In this document: piece after piece, positions 8,933-19,763 of the stretch | Position numbering within the stretch: position 1 is the first letter of the stretch | Layout of the letters: each line of letters starts with the position of its first letter | Assembly (NCBI GenBank): GCA_002329335.1 | Contig: DCTY01000061.1 | Location: 41 to 64,040 of the forward strand | Direction of reading: 5' to 3' | DNA from: Christensenella sp. UBA1428 | Lineage (GTDB): Bacteria > Bacillota > Clostridia > Christensenellales > UBA1750 | DNA length: 64,000 bases | The notes under the pieces: model-generated | Told to the model about the DNA's origin: nothing | What the model saw: the letters and a program-made list of their open reading frames with translations, nothing else | The model's database searches: none | Translations under genes and position numbers: made by a program

Positions 8933-11900
8933 TCAACGAATTTTAACGGTAATAATTTCAAAATTACGCACTGGAACCAGAATTGCGCCGTCTTGCACGC
9001 AAAGGGTCTCCAGCTCGTTTTCCATCAAATCACACAGTACTGCCTGTGCAAATGCAAATCCGGGACGAAGGCGTACCATGCCCCGCCGATCATGTGATTC
9101 ATAGCCGCGCACAATCACGCCGTCGCCATCTTCCGCCATTTTCACGGTTTCGATCACAAAATGCGCCGCATCCGTCTGGATAAAGCTCATCTGATCAGGC
9201 AGGCTGCCTTTTTGAGCCGGCACCGGCGCAGCAAGCACAGGCTGGTTCAAACAATAGGCCTGCTCAATGGTGCCCGCGTCCTGGAACGAACCCTCGTGCG
9301 GGAAAAGCGAATAGGTAAACCGATGCATGCCCTGGTCGGCGTTGGGGTTTGGATCGCTGGCGCACTTGAGCAGCGTCTGCCAAAGCGTAGAGCCCTGCGC
9401 GCTAAAGCCGTACTTGCAATCGTTGAGCAGGCTGACGCCATAGCCCTGTTCGGAAATATCCGCCCATTTATGGCCGCAGACCTCAAATTTTGCCTGTTCC
9501 CAGCTATGGTTGAAATGGGTTTCACGGCGGATATGCCCAAACTGAATCTCATAGGTGGCAAAATTGGCATGCACGTTAAAGGGGAACGCCGCTTTGATCA
9601 GCTGATGATGTTCGTGCCAGTCGACCTGCGTTTCAAAATCAATGCGCGCAATCTGATCATAAAGCCAGATCTGCTGCACAATTTCGGAATTCAGATAGCG
9701 CCGGCGCACTTCAAAGCCCGCGCGGCACCCATCCGACACCGGCGTAATCTGCGCAGGCATATCCATAACATAGCGTTTTTGCTTATAATAATCAGTAATC
9801 TCCCAGGCGTCGTACTGGCGCGGAAAATCCTCATAGGCTTCCCACTGGTTGCCCTTTTCCCCGGGCAAAAACACCTGACGGCCGCAGCGCAGATCCACCA
9901 GGGCGTCGATGCGCCCGGCCTCGTCCAACGTCATTTCAAAGAAACGGTTGCGAATGCGCCGTCCGTCAATCTCCACCGCCGCTTTTTGCGCAATAGGCTT
10001 TTGTACGCGCCAGCCCATCGCCGGCACCATGCCCAGATCGCACAAAACGCCGTCCACGCGCGCCAGCGCCCGCCGCTCAAATCCCAGCGGGTTGACGCAC
10101 AACACGCCGCCGTCCGTTCCAATGGCGCCGGCCACCGCCTCAAGCGCTCCATCGCGCAGCGTTTGCGCCGCCTGCGCCACACGGGCATAGTCGCGGTCGC
10201 TGTCCTGATAGACCTCTTCGATGGAAGATCCGGGAATGATATCGTGGAACTGGTTGAGCAAAATGGTCTCCCAACAATCCCGGTACGCCTGCGCGTCGTA
10301 GGGCAGCCCCAGCAGCCGGTGCGCCGCCGTGCCCAATCCCTCCGCCGCAGCCATCAGCAATTCACTTTTCCGGTTGCTGCGCTTATTTTTTGCAATGGAC
10401 GTATAGGTACCGCGGTGAAACTCCAGGTACAGCTCCCCGACCCAGCGCGGCGTGCGGCCAAGTCGGCGGCAGGCATCTTCAAATTGATCCCTGCAATGAT
10501 CCAAAAACGCCGTCGTTTTGCCCATAACGGTTCTGGGCAGACCGGGCAGACCGTAGGATGTGCGCCGCTGCACCTGAAGCATCTGGCGCGTCGGCCCGCC
10601 GCCGCCGTCTCCAAATCCAAAGGGCAGCAGCGCCTGATCGTTATACGCTTTTTGCTGATAGCGGTTCCAGGTTCCCAATACCATGGAAGGCGTAATTTTT
10701 CCATTATAGGTCGTAAAATTTTCCGGCTCCCCATCCGGCGACGCGTCCTGAGCCGTGATAAAGTTCGTCAAAATCTCCGTACCGTCAATCCCCTGCCAAA
10801 GGAACGTATCAAAGGGCATCTTATTGGATTCGTTCCAGCTGATTTTGGATGTCACAAAATACTCCACACCGCTTTTTTTCAGGATCTGCGGCAGCGCCGC
10901 GCTGTAGCCAAACACGTCCGGCAGCCACAGCACACGGCTTTCCACCCCAAACTCCTGCTTCATAAACCGCTTGCCGTGCAGAATCTGGCGCACAAAGCTT
11001 TCGCCGCTGATCAAATTGCAGTCTGCCTCCAGCCACATCGCACCCTCGACTTCCCAATTGCCGCGCTCAACCAGCTTGCGGATGCGCGCGTACAATTCCG
11101 GCTGCGTCTTTTTGACAAAGGCGTACAGCTGCGGCTGGGAGGATTGAAAAACAAACTCCGGGTAATCCTGCATCAGCTGCGCCATATTGAAAAAGGTACG
11201 CTGCGCTTTTTCCCGAGTCTGCGCCAGCGTCCATTTCCACGCCACATCGATATGGGAATGCCCGACGCAAACCACCTGGATCGGGCTTTTTCCGCACAGC
11301 TTTTCGTAAAATTCCCGTTTTAAACAATCCCGCGCCGCCTCAAGGCTGCGGTAATAATCGTCGCTGCCAATCTGACGAAAATCGATTTGGTTGACCGCGC
11401 GCTCCAGGGCCGCCATCGTCTTGACATATTCTTCGGTATTGGGATCCAGCAGCTTCGCGCCTTCAAACGGCGTCCAAAGGTCGTAATACAGCTCGTCCTC
11501 CCGCTCGTCGAGCAGAACGACCGACGGCTCAAATCCGGCGTCCTGCTCATGCATCCCCACATAATAATATACGCCGACCCGATAAGCCCGGTCCGGCTCC
11601 AGGGCAACCGTCGTATGGTTCACATCCATGGCTCCGGCGTATACGCCGTCCAGATAGACCATCAGCTGCGGATTGCTGGCGTCCCATAGCCCCTCCCTGC
11701 CGGTAACAACCGAAAGCGCAGGCTTGCAGTGCTGCTGCGCCGGCGGCGTACAGATTTCAAATTCAAACCAGAAATGCGCGTCCCGGCCGCGCACGCGCTG
11801 CCCCTCCTGCCATGGCGCCCAGCCCTGCGACGGCGGCGAGCCGGCATTTTCATAGCCGCAGGGCGCAAAACGAATGGTCTGGGGACGGCTAACGGTCTGC

Positions 11901-11959
11901 ATACGGCGCGCATCGAGCAATTCACAGCAAATACGCAGCTTGTCTTGTAAAAATCGCAT
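8933..11959 (-). CDS. glycoside hydrolase family 38 alpha-mannosidase
   Basis: GHSHIDVAWKWT metal-site motif and WLPDVFGYSAALPQIL; ~1008 aa. Start set to ATG 11959 (GGAG 8 nt upstream). No signal peptide. Confidence 0.9.
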   Translation of the reverse strand: MRFLQDKLRICCELLDARRMQTVSRPQTIRFAPCGYENAGSPPSQGWAPWQEGQRVRGRDAHFWFEFEICTPPAQQHCKPALSVVTGREGLWDASNPQLMVYLDGVYAGAMDVNHTTVALEPDRAYRVGVYYYVGMHEQDAGFEPSVVLLDEREDELYYDLWTPFEGAKLLDPNTEEYVKTMAALERAVNQIDFRQIGSDDYYRSLEAARDCLKREFYEKLCGKSPIQVVCVGHSHIDVAWKWTLAQTREKAQRTFFNMAQLMQDYPEFVFQSSQPQLYAFVKKTQPELYARIRKLVERGNWEVEGAMWLEADCNLISGESFVRQILHGKRFMKQEFGVESRVLWLPDVFGYSAALPQILKKSGVEYFVTSKISWNESNKMPFDTFLWQGIDGTEILTNFITAQDASPDGEPENFTTYNGKITPSMVLGTWNRYQQKAYNDQALLPFGFGDGGGGPTRQMLQVQRRTSYGLPGLPRTVMGKTTAFLDHCRDQFEDACRRLGRTPRWVGELYLEFHRGTYTSIAKNKRSNRKSELLMAAAEGLGTAAHRLLGLPYDAQAYRDCWETILLNQFHDIIPGSSIEEVYQDSDRDYARVAQAAQTLRDGALEAVAGAIGTDGGVLCVNPLGFERRALARVDGVLCDLGMVPAMGWRVQKPIAQKAAVEIDGRRIRNRFFEMTLDEAGRIDALVDLRCGRQVFLPGEKGNQWEAYEDFPRQYDAWEITDYYKQKRYVMDMPAQITPVSDGCRAGFEVRRRYLNSEIVQQIWLYDQIARIDFETQVDWHEHHQLIKAAFPFNVHANFATYEIQFGHIRRETHFNHSWEQAKFEVCGHKWADISEQGYGVSLLNDCKYGFSAQGSTLWQTLLKCASDPNPNADQGMHRFTYSLFPHEGSFQDAGTIEQAYCLNQPVLAAPVPAQKGSLPDQMSFIQTDAAHFVIETVKMAEDGDGVIVRGYESHDRRGMVRLRPGFAFAQAVLCDLMENELETLCVQDGAILVPVRNFEIITVKIR

Positions 11960-12065
11960 GAACGTCACTCCTTTTCATTGGGATCGTCCTGATAAGTTCT
12001 CCGCGCAGCGTCCGCTGCCGGCCGGATCGTTCAAAAATGATTTGTTGTTTTCTCTTTGTGGCCCT

Positions 12066-12094
12066 ATCATAGCATAAATACGCAGAAAATACAA
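12066..12094 (-). promoter_or_regulatory. sigma-70-type promoter for the GH38 gene
   Basis: On the minus strand: TTGTAT, 17-nt spacer, TGcTATGAT. Confidence 0.4.
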
Positions 12095-12369
12095 TCATCA
12101 AACGCGTCGCAGGCCGAAAGCCGCCAAACGATGCAGTCGATTGGGCAGTCCGGACACAAAAAAATGGAGCAGCCTCTCTGCGCAGCGACCCGAACCACCC
12201 GTTCGTTTTCCCATCGCCGCGCCGATAGGACGCCGTCAAATGCCCGCACCCGTGCCGCCCGGCCATCGGCGTCATTTGCGGTTTTAACCTGCGCCGCCTG
12301 TTCCCGCATCCCCGTACCGAATCCACCGTTCAAGATCCGTTCTGCCTGTTCGTCAGGCGGCGCATTTGG

Positions 12370-12398
12370 TTGTGAAACGGAATTAAATATGGTAAAAT
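12370..12398 (+). promoter_or_regulatory. sigma-70-type promoter for the CapA-like gene
   Basis: TTGTGA (12370-12375), 17-nt spacer, TAAAAT (12393-12398) with an upstream TGg extended -10. Confidence 0.45.
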
Positions 12399-12450
12399 GG
12401 GCGTATTGAAAATCCGCGCTGCCGCCATACAGACAGAAAGGAGTGCGCGC

Positions 12451-13674
12451 ATGAAACCGGCTGTTCTTTATCGTATCGTCCTTGCGGCCTGCCTGATGCT
12501 GCTTGTCGGCTGCGCGCCCTGCCAGTTGGCCCCGGCGCAGCTGCCCATTCCGTTTCTGGTTGCGCCGCTGCCCACCGATGCGCCGCCCGCTCCGACATCC
12601 GCGCCGGTACAGCCGCAGCAAAGCACAGCGCCTGCCGCTTCTGCGCCGTCTGAACCTCAGGAAGAGATTTTCTGGCTTTCATTCGCCGGGGACTGCACGC
12701 TGGGCACCGAACAGGCCAGCTATGGCGCGCCGGGCAGCTTTGTCGACATTGTTGGAACGGATTACGCCTATCCTTTTGCATCTGTACTGCCGTATCTTAA
12801 GCAGGACGATTTCACGCTGGTCAATTTTGAAGGGACGCTTACCGATTCTACGGACGCGCGGGAGAAATTATTCCGGTTTCGCGCGCCGCCCTCTTATGCC
12901 CAGATTCTCACCCAAGGCAGCGTCGAATGCGTCACGCTGGCCAACAACCACAGCTTTGATTTTGGTCAAACGGGCTATGACGACACCAAATCCGCGCTTT
13001 TAACGCAGGGTGTTGCCTATGTGGAGCACGAAAGCACCACGATTTTTACAACTTCACGCGGCCTGTGCATCGGCCTGTATGCGGCAGAAGCCCCCATTGA
13101 CAAAACCAAAATGAAAAACGGCATTGATTCGCTCCAGGCGCAGGGCGCGCAGGTGATCGTCTGTGCGCTGCATATGGGCGACGAGGGCAAATACCACCCC
13201 ACGCAGGCGCAGCAGGACGCCGCGCGATTTGCCGTCGACTGCGGCGCAGCCATCGTGGCGGCGCATCATCCGCATGTGCTGGAGCCCATTGAAGTGTACG
13301 GCAACGGCATCATATTTTACAGCCTGGGCAACTTTTCTTTCGGCGGCAACCGCAACCCCTCGGACAAAGACACCGTTATTGTGCAGCAGGAAATCATCCT
13401 GCGCGCCGACGGAACGGTCCTTTTGGGGCAAACGCTGCCCATTCCCTGTCGCTTAAGCGGTCACAGCGGGTATAACGACTACCAGCCCACGCCGTATGAC
13501 ATACAGGATCCCGGCTATGCGCGCGTGCTTTCCAAACTGGACGGCACCTTCTCCGGCGCGGACTTATCCGTCAGCTATCACCACACCGCCGCTCCGGTTC
13601 AAACCGATTTCCCGCTGCCCGGCCAGACCCAGCTGCCCGACGGATGGACGCCGGTTTTCACATCCACCCCCTAA
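12451..13674 (+). CDS. CapA/PgsA-family metallophosphatase-like lipoprotein
   Basis: Start ATG 12451 (SD GAAAGGAG). Signal peptide with LVGC lipobox. Motifs SFAGDCTLG, LANNHSFDFG, LHMGDEG, AHHPHVL. Confidence 0.8.
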   Translation: MKPAVLYRIVLAACLMLLVGCAPCQLAPAQLPIPFLVAPLPTDAPPAPTSAPVQPQQSTAPAASAPSEPQEEIFWLSFAGDCTLGTEQASYGAPGSFVDIVGTDYAYPFASVLPYLKQDDFTLVNFEGTLTDSTDAREKLFRFRAPPSYAQILTQGSVECVTLANNHSFDFGQTGYDDTKSALLTQGVAYVEHESTTIFTTSRGLCIGLYAAEAPIDKTKMKNGIDSLQAQGAQVIVCALHMGDEGKYHPTQAQQDAARFAVDCGAAIVAAHHPHVLEPIEVYGNGIIFYSLGNFSFGGNRNPSDKDTVIVQQEIILRADGTVLLGQTLPIPCRLSGHSGYNDYQPTPYDIQDPGYARVLSKLDGTFSGADLSVSYHHTAAPVQTDFPLPGQTQLPDGWTPVFTSTP

Positions 13675-13885
13675 AAAAGCCTCTGTCCCGCGCTGCTGGA
13701 ACCACGCGTTCAAAGCCTCCCGCCCGCCGCGATACGCGTCATGCACAGCGCATTTTGGCGTACGGTTGGCGCCCGCGAATGGGGTTTGCAAAGGCGGCGA
13801 CCGACCTTTTCCACCGTTTAACCATGCTTTCGGGGCAGGATCGGCAAAGGCCGCAGAACCGGTTCCCCCGCTTTAGAAAAAACAA

Positions 13886-13918
13886 GCCGCAGCCGATTTG
13901 AATCGGCTGCGGCATTTT
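13886..13918. terminator. bidirectional terminator between CapA-like gene and kduD
   Basis: Stem GCCGCAGCCGAT / ATCGGCTGCGGC with flanking A-run and T-run. Confidence 0.75.
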
Positions 13919-13939
13919 GATTGGGATGAATAAAACCGT

Positions 13940-14734
<795 letters not shown>

Positions 14735-14761
14735 TTGTCCATTACTCCTTTTTGCTTTGGA

Positions 14762-15604
14762 TTAGCGCAGATCGGTGGTCTGGATGGCGTCCATATCGTC
14801 AAAGGTACGGTTTTCGCCGGCCATCGCCCAAATAAAGGTATAAGAACCGGTGCCCGCGCCCGCATGGATCGACCAGCTGGGGCTGATCACCGCCTGCTCG
14901 TTCTGCATGACGATGTGACGGGTTTCGTCCGGCTCGCCCATGAAGTGGAAGACCACGTTGTTTTCCGGGATATTGAAATAGAAATACACTTCCATGCGCC
15001 GCTCGTGGGTATGCGCCGGCATGGTGTTCCAGATGCTGCCCTCGTTTAAGATCGTGCAGCCCATGGACAGCTGGCAGGTTTCCAGAACGGCCGGATGGAT
15101 CATCTGGTTGATGGTGCGCTCGTTGCTGGTTGCGGGGCTGCCCAGATGGCTCTTGTTGGCCACGTCGATGTCAATGAGCTTGTTGGGGCAGGGCTTGTGC
15201 GCCGGCGTGGTGCACATATAGAACTTGGCGGGGTTGGCCGGATCTTCGCTTTCAAAGGTTACCTTTTTGGTGCCCATGGAAACATACAGGCAGTCCAGCG
15301 TCTTCATCGGATAAACATTTTCATCCGCCTTGACAACGCCCTTGCCGCCGATATTGATGATGCCCAGCTCGCGGCGTTCCAGCAGATAGTTCACGCCGAA
15401 ATTGGCCATGCAGTCAATGTTCTTTTCAATGTCGAGCACCTGCGTGGTCGGCATGGCGCCCATCACCACAATGCGGTCCACATGGGAATACACGGCCGTG
15501 ACGTCGCCGGGTACAAATACGTTTTCAATCAGAAATTCCTTGCGCAGTTCTTCGGTGGTATAGCGTTTGATGTCGCGTTGGTTGCAGCTGTATCGGATGT
15601 CCAT
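14762..15604 (-). CDS. kduI: 5-dehydro-4-deoxy-D-glucuronate isomerase
   Basis: 280-aa cupin. N-terminus MDIRYS...RYTTEELRKEFLIE and HTHERRMEVYFYF metal site are characteristic of KduI. Confidence 0.9.
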   Translation of the reverse strand: MDIRYSCNQRDIKRYTTEELRKEFLIENVFVPGDVTAVYSHVDRIVVMGAMPTTQVLDIEKNIDCMANFGVNYLLERRELGIINIGGKGVVKADENVYPMKTLDCLYVSMGTKKVTFESEDPANPAKFYMCTTPAHKPCPNKLIDIDVANKSHLGSPATSNERTINQMIHPAVLETCQLSMGCTILNEGSIWNTMPAHTHERRMEVYFYFNIPENNVVFHFMGEPDETRHIVMQNEQAVISPSWSIHAGAGTGSYTFIWAMAGENRTFDDMDAIQTTDLR

Positions 15605-15751
15605 GGTACTACACGCTCCTCATTTGCAATTTATAGGTATATTATAGCCCCTGACCCATAAAAAGTCAACGAAGGGAAAACCGTTTTGACGTTTTACGGT
15701 ATGGCACAGACGCCGGAAATTCCGGCTGCGGCGACGGAAGGTTTTACCGTT

Positions 15752-17875
15752 TTACCGCATTCCTGTGCGTACTGCACGCATCAGATAGGCGATATGGGAA
15801 GCAAACCCGTGGTTGAGCGAGGCGGTCGGCGTCCGTTTTTCCCAAAGCGTCCCCGTCAGCGCGGCCTGCGGCGCAAAATAATCCTTGATTTCCGCCATCA
15901 TCTGCGCATGACGCCCAAACCGGAAGAGCGTTTCCAGCCGAAGCTGGACGCCGATAAAGGCGTTTGCTTCATCCATCTGCGGATAGGGGTCGTGCCCTCC
16001 GGCGCGGTTCGGCCCAAACTGCGTCAAAAGCCGCCGCCAAAGCGCCGCATGGCTTTGCGGCGTTGCGCCGCCAAAGAGAAACGCATAATACTGCGCGCTT
16101 TCCGTACATTCCCGCACGGGCACGAGCGCATCGCGCTGCCAAACCGCGTGATCGACAAAAAAGCCCAGCGTTTCGTCATAGGCGCGTTTGAGTACGTCCC
16201 TTTTCAGGCGCGCGGCTTTCTGCGCCAGCTCCGGATCATGATAAAGGCGATCGACCGTTTCCAGCATCGCGGCATAGAGCATGTTGGTCGGGAAATTCAC
16301 ATCCTGCGTCATCCGGTTTGCCCGTGTTGCATCCACAAAGACCCAGGCGCCGGGCAGTTCCAAAAGCCCCAGACGATTTTCCCATCCGGCCAGGCAGCGA
16401 ACAATCGCATACACCTTTTCCCGGTATGCGCCGATCATCGCCTCGTCCCCGGTGCGCGCACGATACTCCGCCAGCTCCAGCACCAGCCACATGGCCCAGT
16501 TTGGAATATACCGCCCGTCCCGGTGCTCAGAAGGGTAGCACATCGGCACCATGCCTTCGGGCTGATCCGGATACCTTCCGGGAAGCAGATAATTTTCCAA
16601 AAACGTGTGCTCCACCGTGTTTTTACCCGTCAGCGCCCATTCCGCCCGACCGGTAAAAAAGCTGTCGCACAGCCATCCGGCGCGTTCCCGGTGCGGACAG
16701 TCCATCAACAGGTCCACTGCGTTTTGACAAAAGGTTTCCACCGCCGCGCTGTCGATCATTCTCAAAATCGGATCGCTGTCGGGCAGCGCCGCGCATACGC
16801 CGGGGTATTTCACCTGGCGCAGGCGGATCGATTCCACCGTCAAGTCTCCGCCCACCGCGCAAAGCTTCAGATACTGCATGGTATACAGCTCATAGGTGAT
16901 CAGGCGGTGTTCCCCGGGACAGAGCCGGTATTCCACCGCATTGGTGCAGTTCAACCGCATGAAATCCACATCCGCGCCCGTAAGCACCTCGTCAAACAGC
17001 AAATACAGGCTGCATCCCGCTTTGGTGCTTACCGTAAGCGTCAAATGCCCCGTAGCGTTAAACGGAAACCGGCAAATCGTATAGGTATCCGGCGCAAGCG
17101 CTTCCGGTTCCCGGTACAGCCCGCCGTCCCAGCGCGGTTCAAAGGTAAACCCGCGGCACTTTTCCGCCAGGAAATCCTCCAGTTCATCCACAGCAAAGCC
17201 CTGGATCGCGGGGCCGATTTTGGAGATATATTTATAATAGGCATACGGCTCGGGCGTCTTATGGCCAACATGGCCCGATGCAACGCGCTGTACGGGCGCC
17301 AAAGGCGCATAATCCGGATATACCCCGCCATGGGGCAGCAGCTTCAGCGGCGGACAGACGGTCAATTCCACAGGCGCGCCTTCATACTGCAGCGCCCGCA
17401 TCAGCGGCGCATACGCAGCATCCAAACGGTACTGCTCGCAAAACGGCCGCTGGAAGCTGTAGCGCTGTACGCGGCGCAGCTTCTGCGCAAGCGGATATGC
17501 GGCAAAGCCGCCGGTTCCCGTCGCCGCAATGACCCGGCCGTCCTGCACGACCTCCGCCTGCACAAACGACGCGCGTTCCAGCATCGCATAACCGTTGATT
17601 GCATATCCTGCCGCCACGATGACCAGCACATTTTCCTGCTGCGTCAAAAGCGGCGTAATATCCGCCTCATCCACCCGGCAATACCCATGCGGCGCGCGCG
17701 ACGGGCCGCTGGCTGCCAGTTCGCCGTTGACCAGCAGCATGCAGCTGACGGCGGCCGTAAACCGCACCATCGTCCGACCGCCTGCGCGCACCGGCGTACG
17801 AAATACCAGAAAATAGTTTTTCTCCCATTGCTTGCCGCGTTCCCAAACGGGAAGCGCCTGTTGAAACAAAGCCAT
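15752..17875 (-). CDS. GH78-like six-hairpin glycosidase (alpha-L-rhamnosidase family)
   Basis: Start set to ATG 17875 (SD CAGGAGGAA). DCPHRERAGWLCD resembles the GH78 DCPxRER(L/A)GWxGD motif. ~707 aa, no signal peptide. Confidence 0.65.
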   Translation of the reverse strand: MALFQQALPVWERGKQWEKNYFLVFRTPVRAGGRTMVRFTAAVSCMLLVNGELAASGPSRAPHGYCRVDEADITPLLTQQENVLVIVAAGYAINGYAMLERASFVQAEVVQDGRVIAATGTGGFAAYPLAQKLRRVQRYSFQRPFCEQYRLDAAYAPLMRALQYEGAPVELTVCPPLKLLPHGGVYPDYAPLAPVQRVASGHVGHKTPEPYAYYKYISKIGPAIQGFAVDELEDFLAEKCRGFTFEPRWDGGLYREPEALAPDTYTICRFPFNATGHLTLTVSTKAGCSLYLLFDEVLTGADVDFMRLNCTNAVEYRLCPGEHRLITYELYTMQYLKLCAVGGDLTVESIRLRQVKYPGVCAALPDSDPILRMIDSAAVETFCQNAVDLLMDCPHRERAGWLCDSFFTGRAEWALTGKNTVEHTFLENYLLPGRYPDQPEGMVPMCYPSEHRDGRYIPNWAMWLVLELAEYRARTGDEAMIGAYREKVYAIVRCLAGWENRLGLLELPGAWVFVDATRANRMTQDVNFPTNMLYAAMLETVDRLYHDPELAQKAARLKRDVLKRAYDETLGFFVDHAVWQRDALVPVRECTESAQYYAFLFGGATPQSHAALWRRLLTQFGPNRAGGHDPYPQMDEANAFIGVQLRLETLFRFGRHAQMMAEIKDYFAPQAALTGTLWEKRTPTASLNHGFASHIAYLMRAVRTGMR

Positions 17876-18005
17876 CTGAATTTCCTCCTGCTGCGTGTAC
17901 CGAATGAGCCCATGATAGCACAGCCGGCTGCGCCATGCAATCCAAAGACAACCTGCGGATATGGAAAAGGAGGCGCCAGTTTCCAAGCGCCTCCCCTGCT
18001 TGCTC

Positions 18006-19700
18006 TTATTTGGGCTGACGGTCGTACATGTCCTGATACAGCGCTACATACTCGTCGATTCTCAGCTTTTCAAGCTGGGCCAAATGTTCCTGCCACTTGG
18101 CCTCGTCGATACCGTTGGTAACGGATTCCGCCACAAAATATTTGATATAGGTATCGATGTCCGCAAACAGCAGCGTAATCTGGGACTGAACTTCCGCGCT
18201 TTGCAGCAGGTCGGTATAGATAATCTCCTGTTGGAAATATGGGGCATATGCCTGCGCCGTTTCCACCTTGCGCAGAGTCATGGTGTCGGTGCTGATATCG
18301 CGGTCAATGCCGGAGAACGTAAACACAAACGCCGTTTCTCCCATAAAGCCCTCGGTGAAGCGATATTCATCGTTGCTGTTATAGCCCGGCGCCACTTCAT
18401 CCGTGATGCGCGTCCACTTGGTGTGCGCGTCGTCGACCCATTTCCAGCCGACGTTTTCTGCACCCTGACGCCAGTTGAGGAACATCGTCACGTCGCTCAT
18501 GCACCAGTCCATCCAGCGCATCAGCCCTGCCGGTTCCTCGCAGGCAACGGTGATCACATTGCGCATGTTATAGGTGGAGGACGCGTCTGAACGACGGGTC
18601 AGCCGGTCGCCGTTGGGGCCTTCCAGCGGCAGAATGTGCTGATAGTTTTCAAGCTGACTGGAAGCGACCGTATTGCCAATGGTACCGGCAGACAAAACAA
18701 AGTAAACCGGTTCTTCCGCCAGGGATTTTCCGTTATACTGCGCCCGGGTCTGTGCAAAGCCCTCCAGATCCATCACGCCGGCGTTAAAGAGCGAATTGAG
18801 CCATACCAGCGCCTCATAGTAACGCGCATCCGCCGGTGCAAAAAACACCTTGCCGTCCTCAACATTGTTATAATGAGCGGTATTGATAATCCCAAAGGCG
18901 CCAAACAGGGAATTGATTGGGTAGCCGCCGACCTGGGCAAAGCCGAAGGGAATTTCATCCGCCGCGCCGTTGCCGTTTAAGTCCCCCGCATTTTTCGCCG
19001 CAACCAGCACATCGTAAAATTCCTGGGTTGTCTGCGGCATTTCAAGGTTCAGCTGATCCAGCCACTGGGTATTGATATAATACGCGTCAGATAAAACGGA
19101 CCATGCGCTGGAGTCTTCACCGGTCGGCAGCGCATACACCTTGCCGTCCGGCGCGGTGATCTTTGCCTTCACCAACGGGTTTTCATCTAAAAAAGCGCTG
19201 ACATTGGGCATATATTTGGCCAGCACGTCATCAGTCAGCTCCATCAGCGCACGGCTGTTGGCCACCACGTCGACATTGCCGAAAATGGCGTCCGGCAGAT
19301 CGCCGCTGGCAAAAACGATATTGACGCGGTCGCCCCAGCCGGACGCCGGCACTTCCATCCAGTCAAACGCAATATTGGTCTGCGCCTGTGCATCCTTTAA
19401 AATCTGCTTATCGGCAAAGGACGCGGTTTTATCCAGCGTGGATTTGCTGACCATGACTGAATAGGTCGTCGTTTCCTTCACGATCGGAAGGCCCGTCAGA
19501 TACAGATTGCCCTCCATCTCGGGCTCCGACTGCTGCGGGGCGTCCGTCGCGGCAGGCGGAGCGGACTGCGCAGGGGCTGAGGCCGCAGGCGTCTGCGTGC
19601 TGTCCGCTGCCGCGGGCTGCTGCGCGCAGCCGGCCGCGCCGATGCACAGCATCAGGCACAAAACGGCAGCCAGAACACGGTTTACGCGTTGGTTCATCAT
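18006..19700 (-). CDS. ABC transporter extracellular solute-binding lipoprotein (large LplA-type sugar binder)
   Basis: Signal peptide with GAAGC lipobox, Ala/Pro/Gln linker, 564 aa. Adjacent to two CUT1-type permeases. Confidence 0.85.
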   Translation of the reverse strand: MMNQRVNRVLAAVLCLMLCIGAAGCAQQPAAADSTQTPAASAPAQSAPPAATDAPQQSEPEMEGNLYLTGLPIVKETTTYSVMVSKSTLDKTASFADKQILKDAQAQTNIAFDWMEVPASGWGDRVNIVFASGDLPDAIFGNVDVVANSRALMELTDDVLAKYMPNVSAFLDENPLVKAKITAPDGKVYALPTGEDSSAWSVLSDAYYINTQWLDQLNLEMPQTTQEFYDVLVAAKNAGDLNGNGAADEIPFGFAQVGGYPINSLFGAFGIINTAHYNNVEDGKVFFAPADARYYEALVWLNSLFNAGVMDLEGFAQTRAQYNGKSLAEEPVYFVLSAGTIGNTVASSQLENYQHILPLEGPNGDRLTRRSDASSTYNMRNVITVACEEPAGLMRWMDWCMSDVTMFLNWRQGAENVGWKWVDDAHTKWTRITDEVAPGYNSNDEYRFTEGFMGETAFVFTFSGIDRDISTDTMTLRKVETAQAYAPYFQQEIIYTDLLQSAEVQSQITLLFADIDTYIKYFVAESVTNGIDEAKWQEHLAQLEKLRIDEYVALYQDMYDRQPK

Positions 19701-19763
19701 AAAATCCTTCTCCTTTAAATGTATTTGCTCCGGCGGGGCTTCCGCCGTACGGGAGCCGTAAAA

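Noticed and set aside
9161-11323. 720-aa plus-strand ORF.
   Set aside because: It lies entirely antisense to the well-supported GH38 gene. The Arg/Ala/Leu/His-rich composition is typical of the shadow frame of a GC3-rich gene. No SD and no recognisable motif.
12067-12621. 184-aa minus-strand ORF whose 3' part (from MREQAAQ..., ~12067-12310) fills the 480-bp GH38/CapA intergenic gap and ends in a Cys-rich tail (CSIFLCPDCPIDCIVWRLSACDAFDDCIFC).
   Set aside because: Its 5' half is antisense to the CapA-like gene. There is no SD, and its 3' end runs through the predicted GH38 promoter. It may be a gene remnant, but I cannot support a call. A homology search of the 80-aa tail would settle it.
15686-18121. 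811-aa plus-strand ORF.
   Set aside because: Antisense shadow of the GH78-like gene. Arg/Pro/Ala-rich and low complexity. It also overlaps the binding-protein gene end.
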